Assembly: GCF_009834535.1 (NCBI RefSeq)
Contig: NC_045697.1
Span: forward strand, 42,162,001 to 42,226,000
Source: Camelus ferus
Taxonomy: Eukaryota
DNA: 64,000 bases
Direction: 5' to 3'
How positions within the stretch are numbered: the stretch's first letter is position 1; each line of letters begins with the position of its first letter. Under the pieces are notes generated by a model. The model was not told where the DNA came from. It saw nothing but the letters and a program-made list of their open reading frames with translations, and searched no databases. A program made the translations under genes and the position numbers. This document shows positions 1-13,050 of the stretch, piece by piece.

Positions 1-730
1 AGAAAAAGGCCCAGACAAGCCGAAAGAAAAGGAAAAGAAAAAAGAGGGGAGGGAGGTCTCCTTACTTCCCACAACAAGGGGAAGTGTTGCACCTCATGCA
101 CTTGGTTGCTCCGCAGCTGTGGTTTTGGAGGAAATCCGAGGCGGCCCAACGAGTTGCGGCTGGGGTGGAAAGTTGTGGGTGTTTCCCCACCGCCGCTCGC
201 GCCTCGATCCTCTCCAGTCCCCACTGCAGCCTTGACAGCCCCCCTGGCCTTGGCAACCCTGCGGATCCCCGCCGGTTTCCACCCTTAGCTGGGCTGAGTT
301 GCCACATGCACTTGAGAAATCCTAGCAGTTGCGCAAAGAAGAGTCCCAGAAGTTAGAAAGAGTGATTGTGTGTGAATATACAGTACAAGAGGCTGGAACA
401 ACTGAGCGGGGCCAACCCTCAGACGCAGCCCTGGGTTTCAGATTTCATTTGGCAACTGGCAGCTTCAGAAGATTCGAGCCGCACTGCTGGGGAGGCCGGG
501 AGGAGCCCTGTTCTCGCCCAGTGACCACAGCTAGGGTTGTCTTAAAGCCTGAGTGACACTGCCGGGCGCCCGGCTCCCCTTCCGCCAGACAGAGCCCGCG
601 GTGCCTCGGTCCCTCCGCAGCTGGCATCACTCGTTTTATTTTGTGTGTATCGTAGACACGCGTTCGTCCCAGATCTGGGGCTGTGGGTGTGGAGAAGGTT
701 GGAGAATACAAGTCTCCCGCCCCCTAGGAG
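1..730. promoter_or_regulatory. CpG-island edge / candidate promoter or Polycomb-type regulatory region
   Basis: GC-rich with clustered CpGs (cgccgctcgcgcc 191-203, gccgggcgcccggc 561-574, cccgcggtgcctcgg near 595-609), falling abruptly to AT-rich CpG-poor DNA after about 750. Confidence 0.7.
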
Positions 731-2594
731 CTCTACATTTCTTTGCCAAAACCCCCCACACAGGTTTTACTTCCTTCCCTCAGCTACCTATGTAAAATCT
801 TATTTCTGGAATCAGAATTACCCGGGTCCTTCAACCTGTATTGCTGGAAATATTTATTTAGATGGATGCCCTCTAGTTAGATCTTTAGAGAAATTCAAAA
901 CATAATTACTTCCTTATCATGGTTTAAGAGCTCTCAGAATTACACAGTATGAAAGAAAGAGGACAGAGGAGTAAACATGTTGCAGATGCAGTCTCCCCCT
1001 CCACCCACTACCACCAAAAAACGCCTATTTCAAATCTATATATTACAGTACTAGTTACCTGGAATGCCAACTCAATTATTTCAAGAAACTTTATAAAAAT
1101 CTCTGCTTTAGATTATTGAAAAATCATCACTAGATTTCTTTAAGACACTAAATAAGAGTGTTCTCATTAGAGATCTCCCAGTTATACGGAAGAGTACACA
1201 TTCAAATTTAGAAACACCAAAAATAAAAATCTTTGTGGACACACGTTGTTTTTCGCTTTTATCTTTCTTTCTCCGGTTTTCTTCCAGGTGATCTGCCCCA
1301 TCCCAGCCTGATATTCCACTAGAAAATTGATTTTCTGGCAGGAGCATTCTCAGCCCTTTAATGAATCAAATTAAGCTCTGCGGGGGAAAAAATTCTTTTG
1401 GCAGTTCCTTTTTAAAATGTGTATGGTATTCCTAACCAGAAGCAATGTAGCTTATTGTCTAATTGGTAGGAATACATGATCTTTATCAACTCATGTGGCT
1501 TTATGTGTTCTACTTGCACCCTGGCAGGTAAATGCCAATGGGTGGTTTTAGATAAAAGCTGGAAAACAATGAAATTAACCCAAATGAAATCTGCACACAC
1601 TTGATGGACTCAAGAGCCTCAGGAGGACAAGCATTGATAGGCATGATTCAAGATTCTGACATTTAAAAAAAGACAAGGAACCTATCAGGTCGGTAACCTA
1701 TTTCAGGATCTAACAACTACCACAAGCAATTCAGACTCAGGATGATACAAAATTGAACTCAAGGTGGTTGCTAAATAGTCCCTAATTCAAATGGTTAAGA
1801 CATGCCTCTGGGATACAACCTTGCATCCAATACCTTACCTTCACATCTCTTGACTTCCGTCTCCATCCTTCCCACCTGACATCACCTCACTGACATGTGT
1901 GATATATGTGATTATCTTAATCTAGGCAGTATAACTGAAGGATAGAAAGACTGTCACTTGAGGATTAAGCAGCAGGGTAAGTATATCTACCAAAGCCCCC
2001 TCCTGCACTTTCATTTCTCTGCAGAAAGAGAAGGGCCACTACATTTGTTTCCTAGAAGAGCCTTAGGGATTTAGCAAAGATCTTTGTTACCAGATAGTGT
2101 AGACTGAACTAGAAAATGCTTAGTTGTTCACAGGACTCATAGTATGTTACTTCTCTTTTAATTGCGGATTGATTGAGAGACATCCCTCATACAGACTGTA
2201 GCAACTTTAAAGGAGAAATGCATTCATTAACAAGAGATTTGAAAGATTCTAACCAATGCAGGGTGCTAATGTGACTGAAACAGGCCCCCAAGAGGGCAGT
2301 GTCTGTCATTCAGTTCCCAAAGTCTCTGCCCAGGGCATCACTTAAAGCTGGATTTCACCAGTCAACTGAATTCTGAGTTAAAAGCATGTTTCAGATGAAC
2401 TCTACAAAACCTACCAATGCTTTGAGGGTAAAGGGTAACTTTCTAGGATTCCCAAGTCATAGAAACCCTCAGAAGGAGAGTCTACAAAAGGTCAGTATAA
2501 GAGGTTAGCAAGGTTTGAGGGGTCTTTAACAAGGAGATTTCCAAGGGGGGTGTGTAATACTCCAGGACCAGGGGGATTTCAGAGACCTAGAAAA

Positions 2595-2690
2595 GAAATA
2601 GAAGGGAGCAGAGGAGGAGGGGGGCGGGGGGAATGAAGAAAGAGGTAGGAAGGAGGAGGAGGAGAAGGAAGAGTGGGAGGAAAGAAAGCA
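2595..2690 (+). repeat. purine-rich low-complexity (GGA/GAA) tract with G-runs
   Basis: gaggaggaggggggcggggggaatgaagaaagaggtaggaaggaggaggaggagaagg seen directly. Confidence 0.8.
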
Positions 2691-3759
2691 GATAATGGCC
2701 TTTCTACACATGAGCAGGTGGTTTGAGTATTGGTATTGCCAGAGTCAAGGACAGAAAAACCCCCATAGACAAAGCCCTCTGGACACTGTTTCTATCATGT
2801 CACTTTGTTTAGAATTTAGTTAGAGGACTCTCAGCAAGGCTTTGTACAATCACTTTTTCTAATATTTCAAGTATATGGGTCAAATGATTCTATAAAACAA
2901 GTATGGATTAAAACTGTGTTTTAATGTACTTTACTAATTTTAAAATTGCATAGTTTTCCACTGGATTCCTGGCCAGATTCTTTGAAGATCTTAGCATAGA
3001 GTGATGTATTGTCATGTTACTCACTTGTCCCTTAATATCAGATACTGGAGCTCTTTAATTATGTTTTCTTTTGGGAAAACATAAATTCCTAAGAGGGCAA
3101 AAAACACAGTAACAAAAATGAATAGTCAAGAATTGCCAAAATCCTAACATTTCCTTCGGGTTCTCACCAACAATGCAGAATTTGTGTGGGTACTGAAATA
3201 TGCCAAGATCTGATTTCAGGATTAAGATTGAAGGCTGTGCTTCAAGGCATGTCTGTTTCAAACTGTCGGTCTTTGATTTTTCTTTTTATTTCCCATTGGA
3301 GGTTTTTGTTTTTTTAGAAAGTCCAGTTTTGTCTTAGCTAAATGAGGAGGAAAGAGATTGAGGGAGTTTCATGCCCACCATCCCCCCAAAACTTTGGATC
3401 ACAGGATTCAGGGAAAGGGGCAGCACTACGACTATTAAAATGTTGGGAACAAAATATTCAACTAAATCCCTGTGAGAGAGATAAGAAAGGAGAGAGACTG
3501 CCAAAGAGAGAAGGGCTACTGTGGTGGGGGATGCCTCCCTGTGTCTATAATTCCATGACAGGCCTGCTCTCAGTCAAGCGCTTTAACATGAAGTAGGTTA
3601 TGTGCCTGTTTAGATCCTGAGAAGAGCAAAGGATCAACCATCACTCTTACTGAACTAATGGGTTTTTGATGGCAGCCAGTGTCACACTCTATTGTCCCCT
3701 GGACCTTCAGATTACACATACATAGACACAAATCCATGATTAAATTTAGTTTTAAAATA

Positions 3760-3960
3760 GTGTTTTCTGTTTTCGTCTAATTACAAAATTAATATATATT
3801 CAACTCACGAAATTGAGAAGTTACAATGAATCATAAAAGAAGACATTAAACATTTCCATGATTTCACCATACAGAGTTAAATACTGTTAATGTATTTAAT
3901 ATACCCAATTGTTTTTTCACCGCTGTGTGTGTCTTAAATAATCATTTGGCTCATATTACT
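3760..3960 (-). mobile_element. ancient L1ME-like 3' fragment
   Basis: taattacaaaattaatatatattca...ttcaccatacagagttaaatactgttaat resembles the antisense L1ME 3' end; highly diverged. Confidence 0.45.
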
Positions 3961-5259
3961 TACTAACAAAGAAGGATCTTCTTTGCCTAGGCTCCAAATT
4001 CATACCTTAGTTTCCAATTAAAATGGTTCTCTTTGATACTTTTTAGACTGTGGAGTTTACTAGATTCTGTTAAAGAACTAAACTCCCGCTTGCAAGATTA
4101 GCAGACTCATCCCAGTCAGCTCCTAGAAAAATCTCCTGCTTTATGCTTTCAGTGGCTGTTTTTAAATCTCTCCCTTACTAGCCTAGAGTTTCCTTGAGCT
4201 TGTTGACTCACAGTTTCTCTAAGACAGCCTTTATGTTCCCATCATTCACATTCCAGCTCTCCTTTCTCTACTCACCCGTGAGTACAAGCGTGCACACATG
4301 CACACACACCATGCACACTCATGTCACACATGCACACCCATAGAGTGAAACACTCCTCCAGACATGTAACTTCCCTCTTGAGGACTCAGCTCTTAGTGTA
4401 AAACTGGCATGGAACTTAAAATATTTACAAATCTAATTCCATTTGAGTATCTGAGTAACAGCAAGATGGGCTTGTTTTCTATACATGTACCTTTTTGTAG
4501 ATTTCAAACTCATTCTCATGTCAGAATCTTCTCATTAAGTTTGTGTTCTTTAGAAAATTAAACACTGCCATTGAAATAAAACCATCTGCTCCCAAGAATT
4601 ATTTACTTATAAACTACCTAAATTACGTGTGACTTTAAAAATGGCTTCCTATGCCTTGTTCTCAAGTAGCTAGAGAGTAAATTATAAATAGGTTCTTTAC
4701 ATGTGTCTAATTGCAGTATCATGTATACTCCAAGCCTTATCATTTGTCTAGGAAATCTTCATTTCATCCTGTTTTCATCATAGTCCAAACTCTTTAAATA
4801 ACAGATGTAACTTTTGCCTCCTTTCCCATTTTCCTTCCTCTCTGTGTTACCTGCTTTATCTAGTTTCAGATAATTTGAAACTTAAGGGAAGAACCTTACC
4901 TCAGGACGGATTCTGGTCCCAATGACAGAAAACATACAATCAGGGCACAAAGTTGAGCTATTAAGACCGCTAATGGCCTCAGATATTTGGCACTCATCCT
5001 ATGCTTGAATAAATGTTATTTTCCTGGTTCGGGTTGTCAATAGAGACTTGGGTCTGAGGTCATTATTTTAAGTTACTCAAAACCAATGAGGTTATCAAGG
5101 AAAATAAAATATTTAGTTGTTACAGAGTGCGGACGTAGCCACCAGCTTAGTAAACTCTCTTGCATGAAAATGAAGAAAGTGTCAATGAAGCAAAATAACT
5201 CATCCAAACACATTACTAATGATAATGACATGAAGGAACAGGAACAGTCCTTGTAGTTT

Positions 5260-5450
5260 TTAAAATGTCTTCCTACATGTGATGTCCTTTCACTGCAGCA
5301 GCCCCCAGAAAAATCTGTTACTGCTTACATTTTACAGAAAAGAGAACAAAGAGAAACCCTGTATAGGGGCTGTTCAGGCTCACATACGCTAATGAAGTTT
5401 GGAGATAAGAGCTGAATTCGGGCCGTTTGAGTACATTGTGGATTCTTTTC
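5260..5450 (-). mobile_element. MIR SINE fragment
   Basis: cattttacagaaaagagaac...ggctcacatacgctaatgaag...ctgaattcgggccgtttga follows the antisense MIR core. Confidence 0.55.
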
Positions 5451-8021
5451 ATTAATGTGTCAGCAGCAGCATCTCCCTATGCAAAAGACAGCACAATTTC
5501 CCTTTCACGGGCCACTTAAACCGGTCAAGTGCTTGACAATCATTGTTATCATTACGTTCTTCTGTGAGAAGGAAAAACTGTCAGCCTCCAATAGGCCAAT
5601 TTAAAATCCCACTTTAGGTATTAATCTTAATGTCCTCTCCTACCCAACTTTTTATTCAAGTTTCCAAAAAAATTGCAGAATTAACTGCTCTCCGTCTTTC
5701 TCTCTGTGCTCACCCTCTGTTGGAGGTGCTGATGAACAGTGACTGGGCCAAAAAGCAGGTGGAAGTTCTCAGGAAGAACAGCAAGTGTTTGGCTCAATCA
5801 TTCACAAATTTGAAAAATTATTCCTAAGAAATGACTATTGATTTTAAGATCCCGGAGTGAAACCGAAAAAAATTGGAAATTAGAAGTTTACTTCTTAAGA
5901 CATAGAAAAGATAGAGGCTGATTATGTAAGAAACAGAGTTGAGGATAACTAGTTCCTCAATATTTGAAAAATTACCAAACATAAACTTCCTGGGAAATCA
6001 ATAAAATAATGTGATTTTTGAAAGATTTTCAAAATAATATTCCAAGAAGACAATAATCAAAGGCAGTTCAAGATGTGGGCTGTTAAGCAGACAAAATAAA
6101 ACAGAAAACAAGCAAAAAAAAAAAAAAATTCCATGCAAAAACAGAAACAATAAAACCAAATGGGACTAAAAATTATTATCCTCTCCTTTTATTTTCTCAA
6201 ATTTCTCATTTTTTCCCCAAATTTAAAAATGATAGCAAGCAACCTTTGTGAAGAGTGGAGTAATATGCAAGAGTGGAGAAGTGAGGCTGGGGGTGAGGTG
6301 GGAATGACACGGGTTGAGGCTGAGGAGGACACGTGGTGGAGTTTCTAAATGCTGAACAGTCTGCCCTAGATGCCTTCACTGGAAGATATTCTGCCCAGTG
6401 TGCTTTATTCAAGAATGTACAGTAAAGGAGGGTTCTAAGTGTCTATGGTGGGGGAATAGTCCCAATGAGAAAGAAACTGAAGCACCAAGACTTCAGCCCA
6501 AAACTCCGATACATTTTCAAGGAAGAAAGATGCTTTTGGGTGGGACATCAGATGAGTCTAAAATCTAGACTTCAACCACTGTGTAAACGCTCAGTATCAA
6601 TGTAAATTTTACCCATTTCCCTGCCTAAGTCCCTTTAAAACTGTGGTGGATACTCAGGTTCTACCACAAGGAATTAGAAGTGCAGAGTGAGTTAATCTTA
6701 CGAAGAAAAATAATACCAGGAGAAATGAGCAAATTCAAGAAAGTCGCTAGTTGCTATGTACACAGGTGATTCCTTTATGCATGCCAAAGTGTTTAACGCC
6801 TCTCAAATGCAAGGCCTGTGCAGAATGAAAGGTCAGTTCAGAGATTATCTGTGCCTTCACGAAATTTACATTCAATCACTGAGAAAATTAAGGCAAATTT
6901 TTCCTTTTCCTCCAAGGTAATGCAGAAATGGATCTACAATATAGACATCTATTCTTGGCTCAGATCTAGCCCCCGAAAATTGCTGGCATCATCTTCCCAG
7001 GCAAACAAAAGAGATACTCTTCCTATGGTGATCTTATACCATTATGTTAGACAAGTGCTAGCCTCCACTTTAACCAGTATATAAAGATATCTTAAGATGC
7101 TTTTAATTTTGCTTGTTTGTTCTTTAAATTCTCAATATATTGCTGTATAGACCAGAAGATAATGAACATATTTAATGTGAAAATTGTCCAGATATTTACC
7201 AGGTGGGTTTTCTTAGCATGCAGTACGTAGAATCTCTGGTTTTGAATTGTACAATAATAGAAAAAAACACCACTATTTGTGAATAAATAACAGAAATTTA
7301 GTGATAGCATTAAATCTTTGAAAATCAGTCTACAAACATTAAAATATTTTCAGAATTGAACACTACATGAGGAAAGCCTAAAACAACAACAAAGCTTTTT
7401 ATTTTAATCTCTAGCTTTAATTGCTTATCAAATTCTAAAACTATATAAATGTGGGTTGGAATTTCCCATACTTACTTAAGCCAAAACTTGACAAAATTTA
7501 GAGAATGGAATCTGTAGGCTTAAAAGTGTCTCAAAAGTTACCTTTTTTTCCCCCTGTCTTTTTTTTTTTCCTTTTGGAAGATCACTGTAAAAATGTCTAT
7601 TTCATTAGGTCTTTTATAAAATTAATATTATAAAAATAAACATTTAAGATTAAGCTACTTGCCATGTATAAAATGACTCATTAATTCCTCATAATGTGCC
7701 CCATTTTTTTAAAATATAATAAAATGGTTACTTTAAATAACTTATATGTTTTGCACACAAAGATTATATTAATTTAAAAATTTTGAAACTAAGTATTTAT
7801 GTTAATATTTCAATGAAAAGAAGATTATAGCAATGTTGATCTTTAATTTTATTAATGAAAAAGTCAACTTTAGAACTAAAATGCTTGTCTGAATTTAGGA
7901 TTTTCTATGTATAGTTCTTTTTAGTAGATTAGCATAATCAGAGGTTATTTTGCAAGAAAAATAATTTCTAAACATAAAGTCCAATAGACCAGGAATTCAA
8001 TACTTCTAATGTGGCTATGGT

Positions 8022-8055
8022 ATTAATTAATTAATTAATTAATTAATTAATTAAT
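8022..8055. repeat. (ATTA)8.5 self-complementary microsatellite
   Basis: 34 bp perfect run attaattaatt...ttaat; it is its own reverse complement. Confidence 0.95.
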
Positions 8056-11000
8056 GCTGACTTTGTTATTACTACTTACGTTTCTATTATACTATATGAT
8101 TTTGTATAACATATGTGGATAAACCTATTAATATTAAAAAATTTGTGCTTGCATTTTATCAAGGTAAGACTCATGACCTTATGATTGCAGTTTTTATTTA
8201 ATAGATGCAGGGATCCCCCATGAAAATAACCCTTTCCAGGGAAAAGCACACTGTGCTCAAATGTAAACTAATAGTCCAAGAACACACAAATTTGTAACAA
8301 CCTAGAACACCATGACAAAGTTATGAATAAATGAAATAAATAATAATAATCACAAGAAATAAATAATAATACATATAATAAGGGAACTAATGAGCTGTAA
8401 TAAATCAACTTATGGATATTTATTAGAAATCTGTGTGGCTTCTGAGCAGTCATGAGGCTTTAAAATTTAAAAATGAAGTATTTACTTAAAAGGCTGCAAT
8501 AAGATTAATAAATATCTACATTGAGTGATGTTTACTAGCATCATTGGTCATTCCTGAGCCCAATAAAGTCAAGGTGTACTTACCTATGTAAAGAGCCTTT
8601 TAATTATTCATACATAAAATCTCAATATTCACAAAATTAGGGACAAAGAATAAATATCCAGCTTCACCCTTCCTTTAGCTTTATTTTATTACAATTACAA
8701 ATACAAATATATAAAATAGCGCTTTATGATACGATAAAGGGAAAACATTCTCATGGAAATAGCAAGTAGATGCCACATGTGTTGACATCTGTGTAGTAAC
8801 TACCCACTCTCCCTTTTCCCAACTTCCTGCTCTGATGGACACCCCAAGGAGAAGTTGTAGGAACATGGGGGCCTATCTCTGTTCACTCCAGATTTCCAAT
8901 ACCAGTGGCCTTACCCTGGGAGAAGGAAAGGGAAGGACAAAAATACAGCAGCTCCGTCTGAGAACTAAAACATATGCTCAAACAAAAATTCACTAATAAT
9001 TCCTCTTAGTATATAGAAGTTGTGACTAATACAATGCAAATCACTGCTGAAATCATAGAGTTTTGTGTCATTATACCTTTCATTAGTCAATGGGATGCTA
9101 AAAATGCAACTACTTACATGTAAGGAAACTTTTAAATATTTTGGCATTTGAAGAGTCCCTCAGTGCTGGGAAAAGACTGGGGCCCTTTGCCTTAGGCTAT
9201 CTCCTCTCCTTTAGTGTTACCATTGTCTTTTGAAGGCGGCGTAGTAGTGCAGAGAGGGATAACATACATTGATTGCAACCACTCTTCTCAAATAGCATTC
9301 ACAGTTCACTGCAGAGCAGTCAGGGCCACAGCTGGCCGTACCCAGAGTCCACAGCCTAAATGTCTTGCTACTGCAGTTTTACCAACGGGGACTTGAGAGA
9401 AATGTGCATAGTAGATTTCTAATAAAAATTATTGAGCTGGTTTCAAAATAGCTTAATTATTATTGCTACCTTTGATAGAACTCATTAAAATGGCTGTTGT
9501 GAGTCTATCGAGATGGTCCCACTGTAATTCAATTTTAATTAACTTGATCATTATTTCTAACAATGCTAATAAACAAGCTATACTACAACCTTACCTTACC
9601 CTTGGATCTTTCAGCACAGAATTTAGAGATTTAAATCTTTTTCTTTCTTTTTTTCTTTAATTGCTGTAGTGATACTGAACAAATTACATTATTAAAATCG
9701 ACTAATTCCTGTCACCATCAATTAGTCTTTCATTAGCAACCTTCAATATATTTATGTTCCAAGAAGATTTCACCTGCCCTCCTGCCTGACCGTTAGCTTC
9801 AAATCACAGCACACAAGGGCTGTGGCATGAACTGTGCATACATTGATGTTTGCACATTGTAAGTACAGAGGTTCAAGCACTTTATAACATACTCACAGAC
9901 CTGCCACGTATTTGAGATCCTTTGGAGGTAATGAGCATTGTTTAAAAATGCAAATGCTCAAATCTCATAGTTTGATGTACAGTGCAATCTGGACTACTAT
10001 TAATAATGTGATTCTATGAGATCTGGAAAATTACACATACCAGAATCTGCATGGGTGCTTTTCCCAGTGGGATTGTAAAGGATGGGGTCAAGAGGCTGGA
10101 ATAGGATACTGCAAAAATATCATAAATGCTAAGTGATTTCCTAGAAACAGGAAGCTGACCCACCTATTCTACAAGAACATGGATTTTCCCTGGAGAGCCT
10201 TATTTTTGTTAGTCTTTGGCATCAGTTTCTTCAACAGTCCATTCCTCACTTGCTGGCTGACCTCCTGACACTATATATGAAGTTCTCATAATGGATTCAG
10301 TCTTATCTGGTCCTTGTTTACTGGCATTCTCCCCACTGGTGATCTCCTTGTCAGATGTCAGCTTCTGTGCTGTCATCCCACAGGTGTGTCCTCTCCAGCT
10401 GGGAGTCATTAGTGTCTTGATGGTACCTCACAGAACATGAAATGTGAGCATAAAACGAATTATTGCATGTGAACCAAAAAAAGCACAGTGCCTCACAGGG
10501 AACACATTTAACAAATAAGGGCTTTTATTATTCCTACTATTCAGACTTGGTCATCTTCTCTGGAGTCTCTGCTATCTTAACCCACCGAGAACACCCATCT
10601 CATTCATTCCCCCAGTGCTCTCTAAGACCTTGACTTTATGACTCCTGAAGATATATGACATTACAAGAACCAGGGTGGCCACTATATTCAGTATGAACAC
10701 TTGTGGCAAATGCTGGAAAAGACAGAGATTTCAGACACAAAAATCAGAAAGATGTTCTTTGGAAAGCTGACAAATTGAATCAGGTATCACTTATACCTAA
10801 TCTAACTGTCCCATGTTGGTCTAGCTGTCCAGCTTCCATTAAGCAGTTTCTAATATATATACCGCTGACTTATGGACAATTTTTAAATTTAAATGGCTGT
10901 CTAGCCAAATGGCTAATTGAATTTCCTATCCTATCCTAACTTAGTCAAGAATTCTTCTACTTTCCTTTTTTTATTTTTTCTCTGCCACTCATCTCTGTTT

Positions 11001-12824
11001 TACATACCAGTTCTAAAGTAACCCAGGGGAGGTTTACAGAGCCAGGGAAGGATTGCTGAGGATAAAGAGGGAATGAAGTGGCAGGTCTCCTGTGTCCTAT
11101 CTCCTCTTCTCCTTCACGTGACTCTCTCAGACACTCCCCACCTTCACATTGGAATGCCTGCTCCACCTTTCCAGATAGAGTGTCTAGCATGGCTTTCCTC
11201 ATAAGAACTGATTCTATCTTCTCTCTTATATGAAGATGAGTCTTAATTCAGCCTGTTATGTGCCTCAATCCTGATGTGACTGATGGGAGAGGATATAATC
11301 CCAACCCAAGTGTCTAACGTCACAGGTAGGTCCCGCTGTTATAGGACTAGAGCACAGGTTCTTCCCTGAGAGCAAACAGTGAGAGGACCAGAACTAGACC
11401 TGAAAAAGTGATTTTTTTCTGCCTGTTTCCCATTTTTGCTAAAAAATCAAAACAACAAAAACGTATCTACTGTCTTCAGAAACAGAGAATAACGGCCAAA
11501 GTTGCAGAGAATTTGTTGTGTCACAGTCCACAGGGGAGAAGAGAAATCCTTGCTGAAAGGAAAGGCTACCATCAATAGTTGCAAAGAGAAGGAAATGCTC
11601 AACAGAACAGGAAAACAAGGGAAGAGGGAAGCTCGAAATGGAGGAGCATCCTTGATGGTTTTCCATGGCCCCAGGTTGCTCCAGGTCCTCGTCTGCCCGG
11701 CTCACAGTTCACAGTTCAGCTACTTCATGGTCATGTACACAGGAGGACTGGAAGCAGTCTACTGTGGTGCCCCCTTACAGCAGCAGGTAATGCACTCCTA
11801 GTAACTGTAGTTGAGCTTATGATACTTTTTTTTTCATGTAAGTGTTATTCACATAGTAGATAGGTCCCAGAATGTTACTGTGTGGCAGAATTACATTTAT
11901 ATGATGAGATACTACCTTTGAAATACTAGCCAAGAGATTTTTATTTCTAGTATTCTCTTCTCCCCATGCCTTCCATCTATGGTTCCTTTGTCTCAGGCAA
12001 GGAATGGCGCAGGGGAAACAATGAAAACAGTAGCAACCAAAAAAATGAGGTTCAAAAGCTTATGACTTAGGGTAATGGTAAGACTGGTATAAACAGGCAA
12101 TAGACCTGGTGAGAATACACTGTAATTGAGAGATAACTTCTTAGCGCTAGTCGAGAAAGAGTTCCCCAGTGTGGGGAAACAGCGAAGATGAAGGAGATGT
12201 GGTGAGAGGGTATGGGACAAAGGAATGAAACATAGAACAACACACAGACTTGGACAAAGACATTCTCCTGAAACCTCTGAGCACACACATCTAAGTGATC
12301 ATGTCCACTACACCCAGCCAGGAGCCGCGTGGGAACTGAGGCCATAGGTGGTCCAGTTTTCACCCCAGTAAACAATGTATATTGTGCACTCAGAGAAGCC
12401 ATGCTAATCTCTCCCTTTGATAGCCCAGCAGCCTCAACCTTTCCAGCAGAAAAACTGACCACCCATTGAAGACTTTGCTCAATTCTTACATCACTTTATG
12501 TTACTTTCCACAGACACAACCTCCTTTAACTTATAAATAGGCAATAGGGGAAAAATTGAAAGGCAAAGTGTCCTGGAAAACTAAAGAGGGGTGGTGAGTA
12601 AGAGGTGATGCCCTACCAAACACGGGCACCATTAAGTTTAGGTACCTTCACAAGTAAAGGCAGATACTGTGGCCATGCTAAGAAGTTTTATCTTTATTCT
12701 AAGAGTTTTTACTTCATTCTAAGATACTGAAGGTTCTAAGCAAGAAACTGACATGATCAAATTTGTGTGCAGAGCAGTGGCTGTGTAAGGAATGGAAGGT
12801 CTGATGAGCAGCCAGGATATGGGT

Positions 12825-13050
12825 TATTAACATTTATTAAGGACTTATCTCAGTCTAAGAATTATGCTAGACCTTTTGTGTATGTTGTCTCACTTGATTT
12901 TTTAACCAAAGGTATGGAGTCTGGAAGAAACTGAAATTCAGAGATGTTTAGTGACATGTCTAAAGTCACCTAGGGAATACATAAACAGTTCTGGGCTAAG
13001 AACCTAAGTGTGTCTAACACCTATAGCACTTTTTCCTTTAGTCCATGTTC
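12825..13050 (-). mobile_element. MIR SINE
   Basis: aacatttattaaggactta...gaagaaactgaaattcagagatgtttagtgacatgtctaaagtcac matches antisense MIR. Confidence 0.7.

Noticed and set aside
62..307. 81-aa minus-strand ORF ending at a GAA/GTAAG donor-like site
   Set aside because: No recognisable protein; open frames are expected in GC-rich DNA; the donor alone is not evidence of an exon.
10670..10800. Possible hAT-Blackjack (MER94-like) relic starting cagggtggcca
   Set aside because: Only the termini are vaguely similar; too degenerate to call.
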